From Candidatus Hodarchaeota archaeon (GTDB lineage Archaea; Asgardarchaeota; Heimdallarchaeia; Hodarchaeales; Hodarchaeaceae): a stretch of DNA of 64,000 bases. Both the position numbers and the translations under genes were made by a program. The notes under the pieces were generated by a model, which saw nothing but the letters and a program-made list of their open reading frames with translations, searched no databases and was not told the origin of the DNA. The stretch spans positions 1-64,000 of the forward strand of contig JAHQWW010000008.1 in the NCBI GenBank assembly GCA_029856365.1, given 5' to 3'. Of this stretch, positions 27,369 to 37,085 are shown one piece after another (the stretch's first letter is position 1; each line of letters opens with the position of its first letter).

Positions 27369-28997
27369 ATGACACTACAAGGTACTCCAGTATTCATTTT
27401 AAAAGAAGATACAGCACGAACTACAGGAAAAGATGCACTTAGCAGCAATATTACAGCTGCTCGTGTGATTTCTGAAGCAATTCGCTCTGCCCTCGGCCCC
27501 AAGGGTCGTGATAAGATGTTAGTGGATAATTTCGGAGATGTCGTGATCACTAACGATGGGGCGACTATTTTGAAAGAGATTGACATCGCTCACCCTATTG
27601 GTAAGATGATGGTGGAGCTCTCTAAGATTCAGGATCAAGAAGTCGGCGATGGAACCACTACTGTGGTCATTATAGCTGGAGAATTACTACAACATGCAGC
27701 AGAACTAATTTCCAGCGATAAAATTCATCCTACGATTCTTGTCGAAGGTTATCGAGTAGCTACAGAGAAAGCTGCTGAATACCTGAAGGAAATTGCAATG
27801 GATGTTCCTGCTGAAAATGATGCACTTCTAGTTCAACTTGTCAATACTACCATGGGATCTAAAATTGTCTCACGTTCTAGCAACCTATTAGCTAGAATTG
27901 TAATAGACGCTGTTAAAAGCATTGATCCTGGCACAGGTAAAATTGATATTGATGATATTAAGGTTGAAAAGAAAGAAGGCGAGGATATTGAATCCACAGT
28001 TCTTATAAAAGGTATCGTCTTAGACAAAGAAGTTGTGCATGCAGGAATGCCAAAGAAGTTGAAAAATCCCAAGATAGCATTAATCGCAGAAGCTTTTGAA
28101 GTTTCAAAGACGGAATTTGACTCTGAACTTAGTATTACAGATCCTTCCAAGATTCAAGAATTCTTAGATCGAGAAGCGGGTATGTTAAAAAAGATGGTAG
28201 ATAAGATTGTAGAATCTGGTGCTAATGTTGTAATTGCCCAAAAGGGTATTGACGATATTGCCCAACATCTTTTAGCCAAACAGAATATCATGGCCATTCG
28301 TCGTGTTAAAAAGTCAGATATGGAAAAATTAGCAAAGGCAACAGGTTCTAAAATCGTGAGTAATATTCCAGACCTTGCAACCGACGATCTCGGAACCGCG
28401 GGAAAAATATATGAAACCAAAGTTGGAGACGACGATATGGTTTTTGTGGAAGACTGTCCTTTAGCAAAGTCTGTTACAATCTTGATTCGTGGTGGAACAG
28501 AACTCGTAGTAGATGAAGCTGAACGATCTATTCATGATGCAATCTGTGTGGTTCGTAATGTATTAGAGGATAAAAAAATTGTTCCTGGTGGTGGTGCGCC
28601 AGAGGCTTATGTTAGCCGGAAGCTTCACAAGTTCTCTGAATCATTAGTTGGACGTGAACAACTTGCTGTTCAAGCTTTTGCTAATGCTTTGGAAGTTGTT
28701 CCCCGAACTCTCGCTGAAAATGCTGGATTGGATCCAATTGATATCATCGTAGCTCTTCGAACAGAACATGAAAGTGGGAATAATAAAGCAGGTATTGATG
28801 TCTTTCAAGGTAAAGTTCGCAATATGACCGACGTGATTGAACCCCTTCGTGTGAAAACTCATGCAATCACAGCAGCGAGTGAAAATGCTCAGATGATATT
28901 ACGTATCGACGATATCATTGCAGCAAAAGCATCTGAAGGCCCAGGTGGACCACCAGGAGGACCAGGTGGCGACATGGGCGGCGAAGATTTTGACTAA
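27369..28997 (+). CDS. ths: thermosome (group II chaperonin) subunit 2
   Basis: [25 protein letters not shown]; tandem paralog with its own AGGAGG SD. Confidence 0.96.
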   Translation: MTLQGTPVFILKEDTARTTGKDALSSNITAARVISEAIRSALGPKGRDKMLVDNFGDVVITNDGATILKEIDIAHPIGKMMVELSKIQDQEVGDGTTTVVIIAGELLQHAAELISSDKIHPTILVEGYRVATEKAAEYLKEIAMDVPAENDALLVQLVNTTMGSKIVSRSSNLLARIVIDAVKSIDPGTGKIDIDDIKVEKKEGEDIESTVLIKGIVLDKEVVHAGMPKKLKNPKIALIAEAFEVSKTEFDSELSITDPSKIQEFLDREAGMLKKMVDKIVESGANVVIAQKGIDDIAQHLLAKQNIMAIRRVKKSDMEKLAKATGSKIVSNIPDLATDDLGTAGKIYETKVGDDDMVFVEDCPLAKSVTILIRGGTELVVDEAERSIHDAICVVRNVLEDKKIVPGGGAPEAYVSRKLHKFSESLVGREQLAVQAFANALEVVPRTLAENAGLDPIDIIVALRTEHESGNNKAGIDVFQGKVRNMTDVIEPLRVKTHAITAASENAQMILRIDDIIAAKASEGPGGPPGGPGGDMGGEDFD

Positions 28998-29031
28998 TTT
29001 TCCCCCTCTTTTTTCCTTCTTTCTTTTTTTT
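28998..29031 (+). terminator. T-rich terminator after the thermosome operon
   Basis: ttttccccctcttttttccttctttctttttttt immediately after the stop codon. Confidence 0.55.
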
Positions 29032-29230
29032 AATAAAATTCCTTTTACATATAATCCGGTATGTTCAATTTTTCTAATTTCGCTTTTTTTGCTCTTTTCC
29101 TTTCAACAAATACAATTTACAACCCGAGGCGAAAAAATTCATATATCTCAGTTAAAACCTTCCCATCCTGACACTAGGGCATTTTCTACGCACAACGTTT
29201 TTTTGCATTAATAATCGAGCTGTTTATCTT

Positions 29231-29563
29231 TTGTCAAACGACAATATTGATCAAAAAATTCTCATTGGGCCTAAAATGCTCACCAGATTTGAGTATGCCC
29301 GAATTTTGGGAGCTCGTGCACTCCAGATCTCCATGGGAGCTCCAGTCCTGGTCGAATCAGATGATCCTTCTAAGATTGAGGGGCTTCAAAGAGATGAACA
29401 AGAACAAGGGGATCCCCTTTTAATTTCTGAGAGGGAAATAAAAAAAGGTCTTCTTCCTATCTTAGTTAGAAGAACTCTTCCGGATGGTAGATACCAAGAC
29501 ATTCCTCTTGCATATCTTTTGAAAGAAGCTGGCAGAAAACATGGAGAATTTCTTATTAAATAG
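29231..29563 (+). CDS. rpoK: DNA-directed RNA polymerase subunit K (Rpo6)
   Basis: [22 protein letters not shown]…[12 protein letters not shown]. Confidence 0.95.
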   Translation: MSNDNIDQKILIGPKMLTRFEYARILGARALQISMGAPVLVESDDPSKIEGLQRDEQEQGDPLLISEREIKKGLLPILVRRTLPDGRYQDIPLAYLLKEAGRKHGEFLIK

Positions 29564-29708
29564 TTAGATTTCTAAAAATTATCTCTATCTAATCGATCTT
29601 AAACTATTTCTGTCAATGAATATCATTTAAATCTAAATCAGAACAAACATATTTTTTCTATTCTTCCTTAAAATAAAAGCTTTTTATTAGGGGATTGTTC
29701 ATGCAAAA

Positions 29709-30401
29709 ATGGAGGTTAAAGATATTTCTAAGCAGGATGACTATAAAGCACGATATAAGGCACTTGGTAAAAAGCTGAAACGAATCCAAGATGATACAAC
29801 TCAAGAGGTACAAGAACAGCTGGAAAAAGGAGTAGAATCAATATCTTCGACCAAGTACCTTCCTGAAGATTTAGCAACATATCTTCTTAGTTTAAAACGA
29901 GAAATTAGCTTACCTGTTTCTGTACTTCCGTCTTCTCTTTTCAATCGGCCAGTATTTTTTGGACGCGAAGATTTTTTCCATCGACTTGCGTCAGAATTAA
30001 TTTCTTTCGGTATTGCTTACCAAAGAGTCTATCTTCTACCCATTAAATTAAATCAGCTAGCAACTCTCTTCCACAAACACCGTCCCTGGTGGAAATGCGA
30101 CATTCAGGACATTGAGAAAGCTTTAGTCATTCTAAATAAACATAAAATCATCCGAAACACTCCTGATGGATTTTTATTTGAACCATTGTCAATGTCCTCT
30201 GATGTTAAGGACTTCTTAACCTTCATATCCAAAGGAATCAACAAGTTTGGAGAGATATCTTTAGTTTCTGCTCGGAAACTGGTACCTTGGAATAACGCGA
30301 AGATAGAAGCAATGGTAGAGTTATTATGTTCTAATGAAATTTGTTTTATAGATCGAAATAAAGAATTATTATTTTTTCCTGAGCTTAAAACAGGCTCGTG
30401 A
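29709..30401 (+). CDS. ESCRT-II Vps22/Vps36-like (EAP30 domain) protein
   Basis: N-terminal coil KARYKALGKKL; EDFFHRLASELI…IKLNQL…DIEKALVIL; second winged helix GEISL…W…VELL…CFID…FFP. Aligns by eye with SNF8/Vps22. Confidence 0.7.
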   Translation: MEVKDISKQDDYKARYKALGKKLKRIQDDTTQEVQEQLEKGVESISSTKYLPEDLATYLLSLKREISLPVSVLPSSLFNRPVFFGREDFFHRLASELISFGIAYQRVYLLPIKLNQLATLFHKHRPWWKCDIQDIEKALVILNKHKIIRNTPDGFLFEPLSMSSDVKDFLTFISKGINKFGEISLVSARKLVPWNNAKIEAMVELLCSNEICFIDRNKELLFFPELKTGS

Positions 30402-30405
30402 AGAT

Positions 30406-30726
30406 ATGTCTCTCTTTCCGTCACCTGAAATAAATGAATTCTTCGACAATCGACTAATAATTTCGATGATTATCATGCAACCTCAGCATCTTCCTTCTCT
30501 GAAAAAAATCTTGATCCAAATTTCAAGTAGCCCACCACTAATTTTTGATCCTCTTCAGGATCCCCAGCTGGAAATTAATGAGTTGAATAATAATGAATTC
30601 ATCGTTAATTGGGTAATCCAAAGGCCATTAGTAAGAACTGAAGTCACTCTTTCTATCCAGAGCGAGATAATTTCCGAGGAACACAGTCTTATAATTAATC
30701 CAGAGACTTACATTCAAACAGAATGA
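30406..30726 (+). CDS. hypothetical protein
   Basis: 106-aa ORF starting 4 nt after the Vps22-like gene. Confidence 0.55.
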   Translation: MSLFPSPEINEFFDNRLIISMIIMQPQHLPSLKKILIQISSSPPLIFDPLQDPQLEINELNNNEFIVNWVIQRPLVRTEVTLSIQSEIISEEHSLIINPETYIQTE

Positions 30727-30839
30727 ATACAGAGGAAACTTTTGGCAAAGTATTAAAAAATCAAACAATGAACCTCAGATTAAGAGTGATTGGCCATCTA
30801 CGTCCTCTAGAAAGAATATCATAAAGGATATTGAACAAT

Positions 30840-31055
30840 ATGGGAAAGGTTCGAACCTCTGCAGTTAAAATCATCTCCCGTCAAATTATTAAAGAATATG
30901 GAGAACACTTATCACCTGATTCCTTTGAACACAACAAAGATATTGTTTCTAAAGTTGCGGTTGTTCACTCGAAACGGTTTAGAAATAAGATAGCCGGGTA
31001 TGTAACCCATCAGATGAAGCTACAGAAGCTAAGAGAAGAGTCATACGAAGATTGA
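30840..31055 (+). CDS. rps17e: 30S ribosomal protein S17e
   Basis: MGKVRTSAVK…FEHNK…SKRFRNKIAGYVT. Confidence 0.95.
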   Translation: MGKVRTSAVKIISRQIIKEYGEHLSPDSFEHNKDIVSKVAVVHSKRFRNKIAGYVTHQMKLQKLREESYED

Positions 31056-31164
31056 ATAACCTCTTTTTGATAGATTTTTTTCTAAGTGAATAATATAAGT
31101 TCTAGCTAGTGATTGGATAAAGTCTTAAAGAAATGTAAAATGCTTACTTCGGATTTGGAATATT

Positions 31165-31893
31165 ATGGCTACTATCAAATCCGGTATTCCTGGATTAGAT
31201 ACTCTTTTTGAACCTAATGAATTCCCAAAAGGACGTCAAATTCTTGTTACTGGCCCTCCTGGTTCTGGAAAGACCGTTTTTGGACTTCAGTTCCTATTGA
31301 ATGGAGCTTTACATTACGGAGAACCTGGAATCTTTATAAGTTTTGACGATTTACCTCGTCACATTCGTGCTGATATGTTTTCATTTGGATGGAATATCCA
31401 GCAACTCGAAGAGTTCAATCCACCTTTAATCACTTTAGTTGATGGTTTTTCAGCACGAGTTGGATTAACTACTGATGAAAAATACACAATTCGCGCCAAT
31501 GTTGATAGTTTACTTCTAGTTTTAACAGAAATATTAGAGGATACTGGTGCCACTCGGGTTTGTATCGACTCTTTATCTACACTTTCAACTATTATTAAAG
31601 ACCCCGCACAAGTCCGAAAAGAAATTCTGACTATGGGAGCTATTTTAGGAGAGCAAGGGTGTACCACATTATTGACCGCTGAAACCTTAGCAATGGGGGT
31701 CGAAGAATATTCCTCCCAAGGACTTATCCGACTGAGTTACGATGAACTTTCAACTGGAGAATTTCGTCGGGCTATTCTCGTCCAAAAGATGCGTGGATTT
31801 GCCCATGAGTTCTCTTGGAAGGAATTTCGTATTACAGCTGATGGAATTAAGATTTTTCCCGATAGGACTATAGGACGTGGGCAATTCAAATGA
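31165..31893 (+). CDS. single-domain KaiC/RAD55-like ATPase
   Basis: SGIPGLD, GPPGSGKT, RVCIDSLS, VQKMRG. Confidence 0.9.
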   Translation: MATIKSGIPGLDTLFEPNEFPKGRQILVTGPPGSGKTVFGLQFLLNGALHYGEPGIFISFDDLPRHIRADMFSFGWNIQQLEEFNPPLITLVDGFSARVGLTTDEKYTIRANVDSLLLVLTEILEDTGATRVCIDSLSTLSTIIKDPAQVRKEILTMGAILGEQGCTTLLTAETLAMGVEEYSSQGLIRLSYDELSTGEFRRAILVQKMRGFAHEFSWKEFRITADGIKIFPDRTIGRGQFK

Positions 31894-32066
31894 CGACTGA
31901 TCTTCCCCCAGGGGTATTAGTTCAAATTAAACATATTAAGGAACGCTGTGGGCATTGTAACCAACCATTCACGATGGAAACTTATCTCGAACCCCTAACA
32001 GAACAACGCTCCTATCGCATCTTATGTAAAACCTGCAATTACACTGTTCCATTAGTTGATGACTAA
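31890..32066 (+). CDS. small zinc-ribbon protein (58 aa), not in the ORF track
   Basis: MTTDLPPGVLVQIKHIKERCGHCNQPF…ILCKTCNYTVPLVDD*. ATGA overlap with the upstream gene and TAATG overlap with the downstream gene. Confidence 0.75.
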   Translation: MTTDLPPGVLVQIKHIKERCGHCNQPFTMETYLEPLTEQRSYRILCKTCNYTVPLVDD

Positions 32067-32680
32067 TGAATGGAATTTTATTTGAAAAAATGCGATTTAC
32101 ATGTCAACAAAGTGGTCATTGCTGTTGTGATCCAAACATCATCGTTACATTAACTTATCGTGACCTTTTACGACTTTTCACTACTCTGTACTGTGATTTC
32201 AGGTTATTACTCCAAAAAATTTCTTTTTATACTTTAGATTCAACGACTTCCCCCATTCTTGAAAAACAAATGGTATTAGAAACCATCCTAACAAGTGATG
32301 GAAAAGTAATTCCTGGTTTAAAAAAACATTCCAAAAAGATATGTGTATTTTATTCCCGTCCAAGTTGTTCAATCTACTCATCCAGACCACTGGCTTGTAG
32401 AAACTATCCACTAGCCTTTGTGAAAGAGAAAGAACTTATTATGTCCACCTGGGTGAAAAATTCACCAAAGACATGCCCAGGTATAGGGAAAGGTTCTCCT
32501 CTGTCTCAAAAGAATATTGAACAGAGAGGAAAACGATTTTTCAAGGAGATTGAAAAACACAATCAAGTAGTGAGGGAATTGAATGTAGAAGCATCAAATA
32601 ATCGCCCTTTAACAGCTAGAGAAGCTCTATGGACTTTAATAATATATGGAGAGAGTGAATATCAACAAAGACAGAAATAA
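32066..32680 (+). CDS. YkgJ-family Cys-cluster (putative Fe-S/Zn) protein
   Basis: FTCQQSGHCC…CVFY…CSIYSSRPLACRNYP…CPGIG. Confidence 0.85.
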   Translation: MNGILFEKMRFTCQQSGHCCCDPNIIVTLTYRDLLRLFTTLYCDFRLLLQKISFYTLDSTTSPILEKQMVLETILTSDGKVIPGLKKHSKKICVFYSRPSCSIYSSRPLACRNYPLAFVKEKELIMSTWVKNSPKTCPGIGKGSPLSQKNIEQRGKRFFKEIEKHNQVVRELNVEASNNRPLTAREALWTLIIYGESEYQQRQK

Positions 32681-32872
32681 GCTATTATCCTGTTGTTATT
32701 CTTTGTCAATTCTTAATGAAATTATTTTTTGTCTGTTTGCTTAGTGCATAAAAGATATTGCTCTACATCAAGTAACATGAGATAAAATTAATAATCTGGT
32801 TTAATAGAAAACTTTAGTGATGTCAAAACAACTGGTTAACTCCATATCTGCTATAATGAGTTGAAATAATAA

Positions 32873-34519
32873 ATGAAAACTTTAGACAAGGTTACAAGAT
32901 GGGGAATAGGATCTAAACCAGTCCATGTTAGATTTACTAATGCACTCAAAGAATTCATTTTTGACATGTTAGGGATGGATTTACAAACAAAAAAGAAAAT
33001 ATATCCACAAAAACGTTCTTTAGATGAGTATTTCACCGAACCTCAACTTCCTGAAAAATTTATCATGAAATTGACACAAGAGCTTACTTCAGATCAAATT
33101 TCTAGTGATTTTCAAGACAGAGTCAAGAATTCAATTGGAAAATCATATCTAGAAATAATTCAAGCACGAATAGCTGATATTCCCTCTCTAGTTGAATTAG
33201 TAGTCTATCCCCGGACACATAATGAAGTTATCAAAGTTGTAAAAATCGCCAATGAATATAAAATCCCTATATCTCCTGTTGGAGGAGGAACTTCGATGAC
33301 ATTGGGAATACAAGCTCCCTCAGGTTCAATTGCTGTAAATCTATGTCAAATGAATCAAGTATTATTGATTAATAAAGATTCTCTATATATTACAACTCAA
33401 GTTGGTATATTAGGTCCAGAACTCGAAAGAATTTTAAATCACGAGAATCTAACTCTCGGTCACTTTCCTCAATCCTTCGTATATAGCTCTGTGGGAGGAT
33501 GGGTTGTTACACGAGGAGCAGGTCAGAATTCAACCCTTTATGGAAAGATCGAAGACATGATTATGGGATTTAAATTTGTAACAGGTATGGGAGAAACCTT
33601 AACCACTCGTAAAGCTCCTGCAAGAGCTACTGGTCCCGATTTAAATCAGATTATTGCTGGATCTGAAGGCGCTTTCGGTATACTTACTGAGATTACATTA
33701 AGAGTCTCAAAGTTACCTCAAAAAAGAAAAATGGCAAGTTTTTTCTTTCATAATTTTAAGGAAGGAATAACAGCTTTTAAGAATTTACTTCAGGATGGAT
33801 TCACTCCTGCTATTATACGTCTGTATAATACTGAAGAGACTTTCTCTAGCTTACGTAGTTCAGCATTAATGAAAGACCCTCCTAAGGAGTCATTTCTCAT
33901 TCGTACAGCATTAAAGTATGTCGAATTAAGAGGTTATTCTGAAAAAGCTCGATGTTTGGCTGTTGTGGTTTTTGAAGGGAATTCTGATTTAGTAAAAGTA
34001 ACTCGAAAAAAGACAATAGCTTATGCAAAGCAGGCTGGGGGAATTTCTCTTGGCTCAATTCCCACAAAATCATGGATAAAGTCTCGTTATGAATCTCCTT
34101 TTCTTCGTGATCCTATTATTGATCATGGAATACTTATAGAAACATTTGAAACAAGCACAACTTGGGAGAATATTGTACCTTTGTACAACGCTGTACAAAA
34201 GGTTCTTAAACCCGAGTGTCCCGTTCTCTGGGTACATGCGAGTCATTTTTATAAAAATGGGGCAAATTTATACTTCCATCTTTTTGCTCCTCAAGAATTA
34301 GGTAATGAAGTTGAACAATTTCTTCGGATTAAAAAGAAAATTATTGATACATTCCTTGAGAATGGAGGAACAGTAAGTCATCATCATGGTGTTGGTAGAA
34401 CTTTCTCTCAATGGCTTTCTCAAGAAATCGGAGTTGAAGGAATTAGAATATTGCAAGATATCAAGAAGAGTCTTGATCCAAATGGAATAATGAACCCTGG
34501 AGTCTTCGGGTTACAATAA
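32873..34519 (+). CDS. FAD-binding oxidoreductase, alkyl-dihydroxyacetonephosphate synthase-like
   Basis: GHFPQSF..SSVGGWV.TRGAGQ.ST.YGKIED, GSEGAFG, ETFETS, SHHHGVG, LDPNGIMNPG. Confidence 0.85.
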   Translation: MKTLDKVTRWGIGSKPVHVRFTNALKEFIFDMLGMDLQTKKKIYPQKRSLDEYFTEPQLPEKFIMKLTQELTSDQISSDFQDRVKNSIGKSYLEIIQARIADIPSLVELVVYPRTHNEVIKVVKIANEYKIPISPVGGGTSMTLGIQAPSGSIAVNLCQMNQVLLINKDSLYITTQVGILGPELERILNHENLTLGHFPQSFVYSSVGGWVVTRGAGQNSTLYGKIEDMIMGFKFVTGMGETLTTRKAPARATGPDLNQIIAGSEGAFGILTEITLRVSKLPQKRKMASFFFHNFKEGITAFKNLLQDGFTPAIIRLYNTEETFSSLRSSALMKDPPKESFLIRTALKYVELRGYSEKARCLAVVVFEGNSDLVKVTRKKTIAYAKQAGGISLGSIPTKSWIKSRYESPFLRDPIIDHGILIETFETSTTWENIVPLYNAVQKVLKPECPVLWVHASHFYKNGANLYFHLFAPQELGNEVEQFLRIKKKIIDTFLENGGTVSHHHGVGRTFSQWLSQEIGVEGIRILQDIKKSLDPNGIMNPGVFGLQ

Positions 34520-34528
34520 TTCCCCTCC

Positions 34529-36175
34529 TCAAGGTTTCCAAACTAAACTTTCTTTATATTTCGCGATTTCATCCCTCTTTTTATCAGAGGACCATTCAAG
34601 AATTTCAGCCATACGATTTACAATACTTTCAACACAATCTAAGCCCTGTTCATCAGAAAGCTGAAGCTGGGTTCGCCTGAACATGATATCATTTAATGTC
34701 ACTGCTTTCTCATGCTTTATATAATAATCAATTTCAGCAAGAATGTATGGGCGATTCTTTGAAATTCTTTCCCGCAATAGAGGATTTAATTCCACCTGTT
34801 CACATACTTGGGGATAATTTTTTCCATATCTAAGTAAATGCCTAGCTATGTCCTTAGAGAACTGATACCGAATTGTTAAATCTTCCATCGCAATGGTAGC
34901 CCAATTATCCCAATGTTTTCGTTTTATTGAGGCCCAACCATAAAGTGGAATCTTATCTGTCTGACATTTTCCCTTCTTACCCAGAAGTTCTACCAATTGA
35001 TCTACTAGTTCCTTCGCCATCGAACGAAAAGTAGTAAATTTTCCACCTGCAATAGCTAGAATATTTGGTTTTATTATAAAAATCTCGTGCTTTCGGGAAA
35101 CATCTGATTCTGATTTCGCGTTAGGTGACATAACTAAGGGACGTACCCCTGAATAGGCACTAATAATGTCCTCTTTCCGCAAAATACCTGGAAAAAGAAA
35201 ATTTGTGGCTTCAATCAAATATTCGATATCCTCTGTATTTACAGGAACATAATCATAATCTTCATCATAATCAGTATCAGTTGTTCCTATTAAATTATAT
35301 TTTCCAAATGGTAATATGAAAAATATTCGTCCATCCATTATTGGTAGACCTAGAGCAAAGTCTTCATGGCAAAATTGTTTTGTAATAATGTGTACCCCTT
35401 TTGTTGGCCGAACACGAGGAGTTATAGTTGGATCTATGGACTTAACAACTCTTTCAGTCCAATGACCACAAGCAAGAACAATAGAACGAGCTTTAATCTC
35501 AAATTTATTATTCTTCAATGTGTCTAAAGCTTGTACTTTTTCAATAACCCTCTTATTGTTCTCCTTTTCGAATGAAATTGCTTTACAATAATTAAGTACT
35601 ACTGCTCCGTACTGCTCTGCAGAGAGAATAACATCCAAAGTTAATCTTGCATCATCCATTTGACCATCTCCCCACAGCGCTACACCTTGAAAATTTTCTT
35701 CTCTCAATGGTGAGGGAAGTAGCGATCGTGCTTTCTCAGGAGTTAACATTTTATGAAATGTATGGTTTTTAAAACTTGCAAAAAAATCATACAACCAAAT
35801 AGCTATTCTTATTCTCGATTTAGGATATTTTGTGTCAGAATACATTGGAAGTAAAAATTTTATAGGGTAGGTAAGATGTGGAGCCATTTCTAACAATTTT
35901 TTTCTTTCAACTGAACCTTCTCGTACTAATCGAAATTCTCTTTGACCAAGATACCGTATACCCGCATGTACGATCTTTGATGACCCGCTGCTCGTTCCAA
36001 AACCAAAATCATTTTTTTCTATTAAAGCAACCGAGTAACCCCGCAAAACAGCATCACGTGCAATACCTGCTCCCGTTATTCCTCCCCCAATTACGAGTAT
36101 ATCAAACTCTTTGGCCTTCAATTTTTCAATTGTCTGTTCTCGATAATTTAGAAGGTCAATTTCTATACTATCCAT
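34529..36175 (-). CDS. glpD: FAD-dependent glycerol-3-phosphate dehydrogenase/oxidase
   Basis: IGGGITGAGIARDA..RG, GTSSGSSK, DDARL, GTTD, GVRPL, GGKFTT. Confidence 0.9.
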   Translation of the reverse strand: MDSIEIDLLNYREQTIEKLKAKEFDILVIGGGITGAGIARDAVLRGYSVALIEKNDFGFGTSSGSSKIVHAGIRYLGQREFRLVREGSVERKKLLEMAPHLTYPIKFLLPMYSDTKYPKSRIRIAIWLYDFFASFKNHTFHKMLTPEKARSLLPSPLREENFQGVALWGDGQMDDARLTLDVILSAEQYGAVVLNYCKAISFEKENNKRVIEKVQALDTLKNNKFEIKARSIVLACGHWTERVVKSIDPTITPRVRPTKGVHIITKQFCHEDFALGLPIMDGRIFFILPFGKYNLIGTTDTDYDEDYDYVPVNTEDIEYLIEATNFLFPGILRKEDIISAYSGVRPLVMSPNAKSESDVSRKHEIFIIKPNILAIAGGKFTTFRSMAKELVDQLVELLGKKGKCQTDKIPLYGWASIKRKHWDNWATIAMEDLTIRYQFSKDIARHLLRYGKNYPQVCEQVELNPLLRERISKNRPYILAEIDYYIKHEKAVTLNDIMFRRTQLQLSDEQGLDCVESIVNRMAEILEWSSDKKRDEIAKYKESLVWKP

Positions 36176-36193
36176 TTGAACTACCTTATTAAA

Positions 36194-36937
36194 TCAGATT
36201 TGAAAGAATTCCCGGGCATTTAAAGTTGTAACTTCATCAACCTCTTCAAATGTACTCTCTTTTAATGTTGCGATTTCCTCAATAGCATATCTCACGTTTG
36301 CGGGCTCATTCTTTTTACCTGGAATTGGACTAAGAAATGGTGTGTCAGTCTCAACAACAATGTATTCTAAGGGGATATTTTGAGCAATTCTACGGTGTAT
36401 TTTTCGATTTCGTACAGCAGTAGGGATTGAGATGAACCAACAAAGGTCAATTATTTTCTTTGCTTCTTCTAGGTTACCTGCAAAACAATGCATAAGAACT
36501 GGTACATCAGCATTATTTTCCAGAATCTCCAAGCATTCTTTTTCAGCTTTTCGTGAATGAATTACAAGCGGTTTTTGTCGTTCATTAGCCAATTGAATAA
36601 ACTTGATAAAGACTTCTTGTTGTTTTTTACGCCAATAAGAATCCTTTATCCAGTGATAATCCAAACCAACTTCCCCAATAGCTACCAATGAGGGGTAATC
36701 CCGAATTTTTTCATAAGCCTCCAGAAAATCTATTTTTTGTATATAGGATGCTGAAAAACCTAATGTTGTGTACACAAAGTGAGAGTTTTTCTTTTCGATA
36801 TATTTAGCAAATTCAATATGTCGTGGTTCAATCGCTGAATTCACTACTGCTTCAAGTCCTGCCAAACGGGCATTTTCTATAATTTTCTCGATGTCATTAA
36901 CAAAATCTGGTAAAATGTGAGCATGAGAATCAATCAT
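36194..36937 (-). CDS. tatD: TatD-family nuclease
   Basis: IDSHAH, IGEVGLD, IHSR, HCF, ETDTPF. Confidence 0.92.
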   Translation of the reverse strand: MIDSHAHILPDFVNDIEKIIENARLAGLEAVVNSAIEPRHIEFAKYIEKKNSHFVYTTLGFSASYIQKIDFLEAYEKIRDYPSLVAIGEVGLDYHWIKDSYWRKKQQEVFIKFIQLANERQKPLVIHSRKAEKECLEILENNADVPVLMHCFAGNLEEAKKIIDLCWFISIPTAVRNRKIHRRIAQNIPLEYIVVETDTPFLSPIPGKKNEPANVRYAIEEIATLKESTFEEVDEVTTLNAREFFQI

Positions 36938-37085
36938 ATGTAGTTACCAACTAAATCAAGATTATAACACATCAATTTGCAAGTTATTCATTTAATTTTT
37001 TTTCCTACTCTGGATTACTTAACAACCTTTTTTTTGGTACTCTAAATGGGTAAGTATTACTTCCTCATCGTGATTTGGAGTTGTT

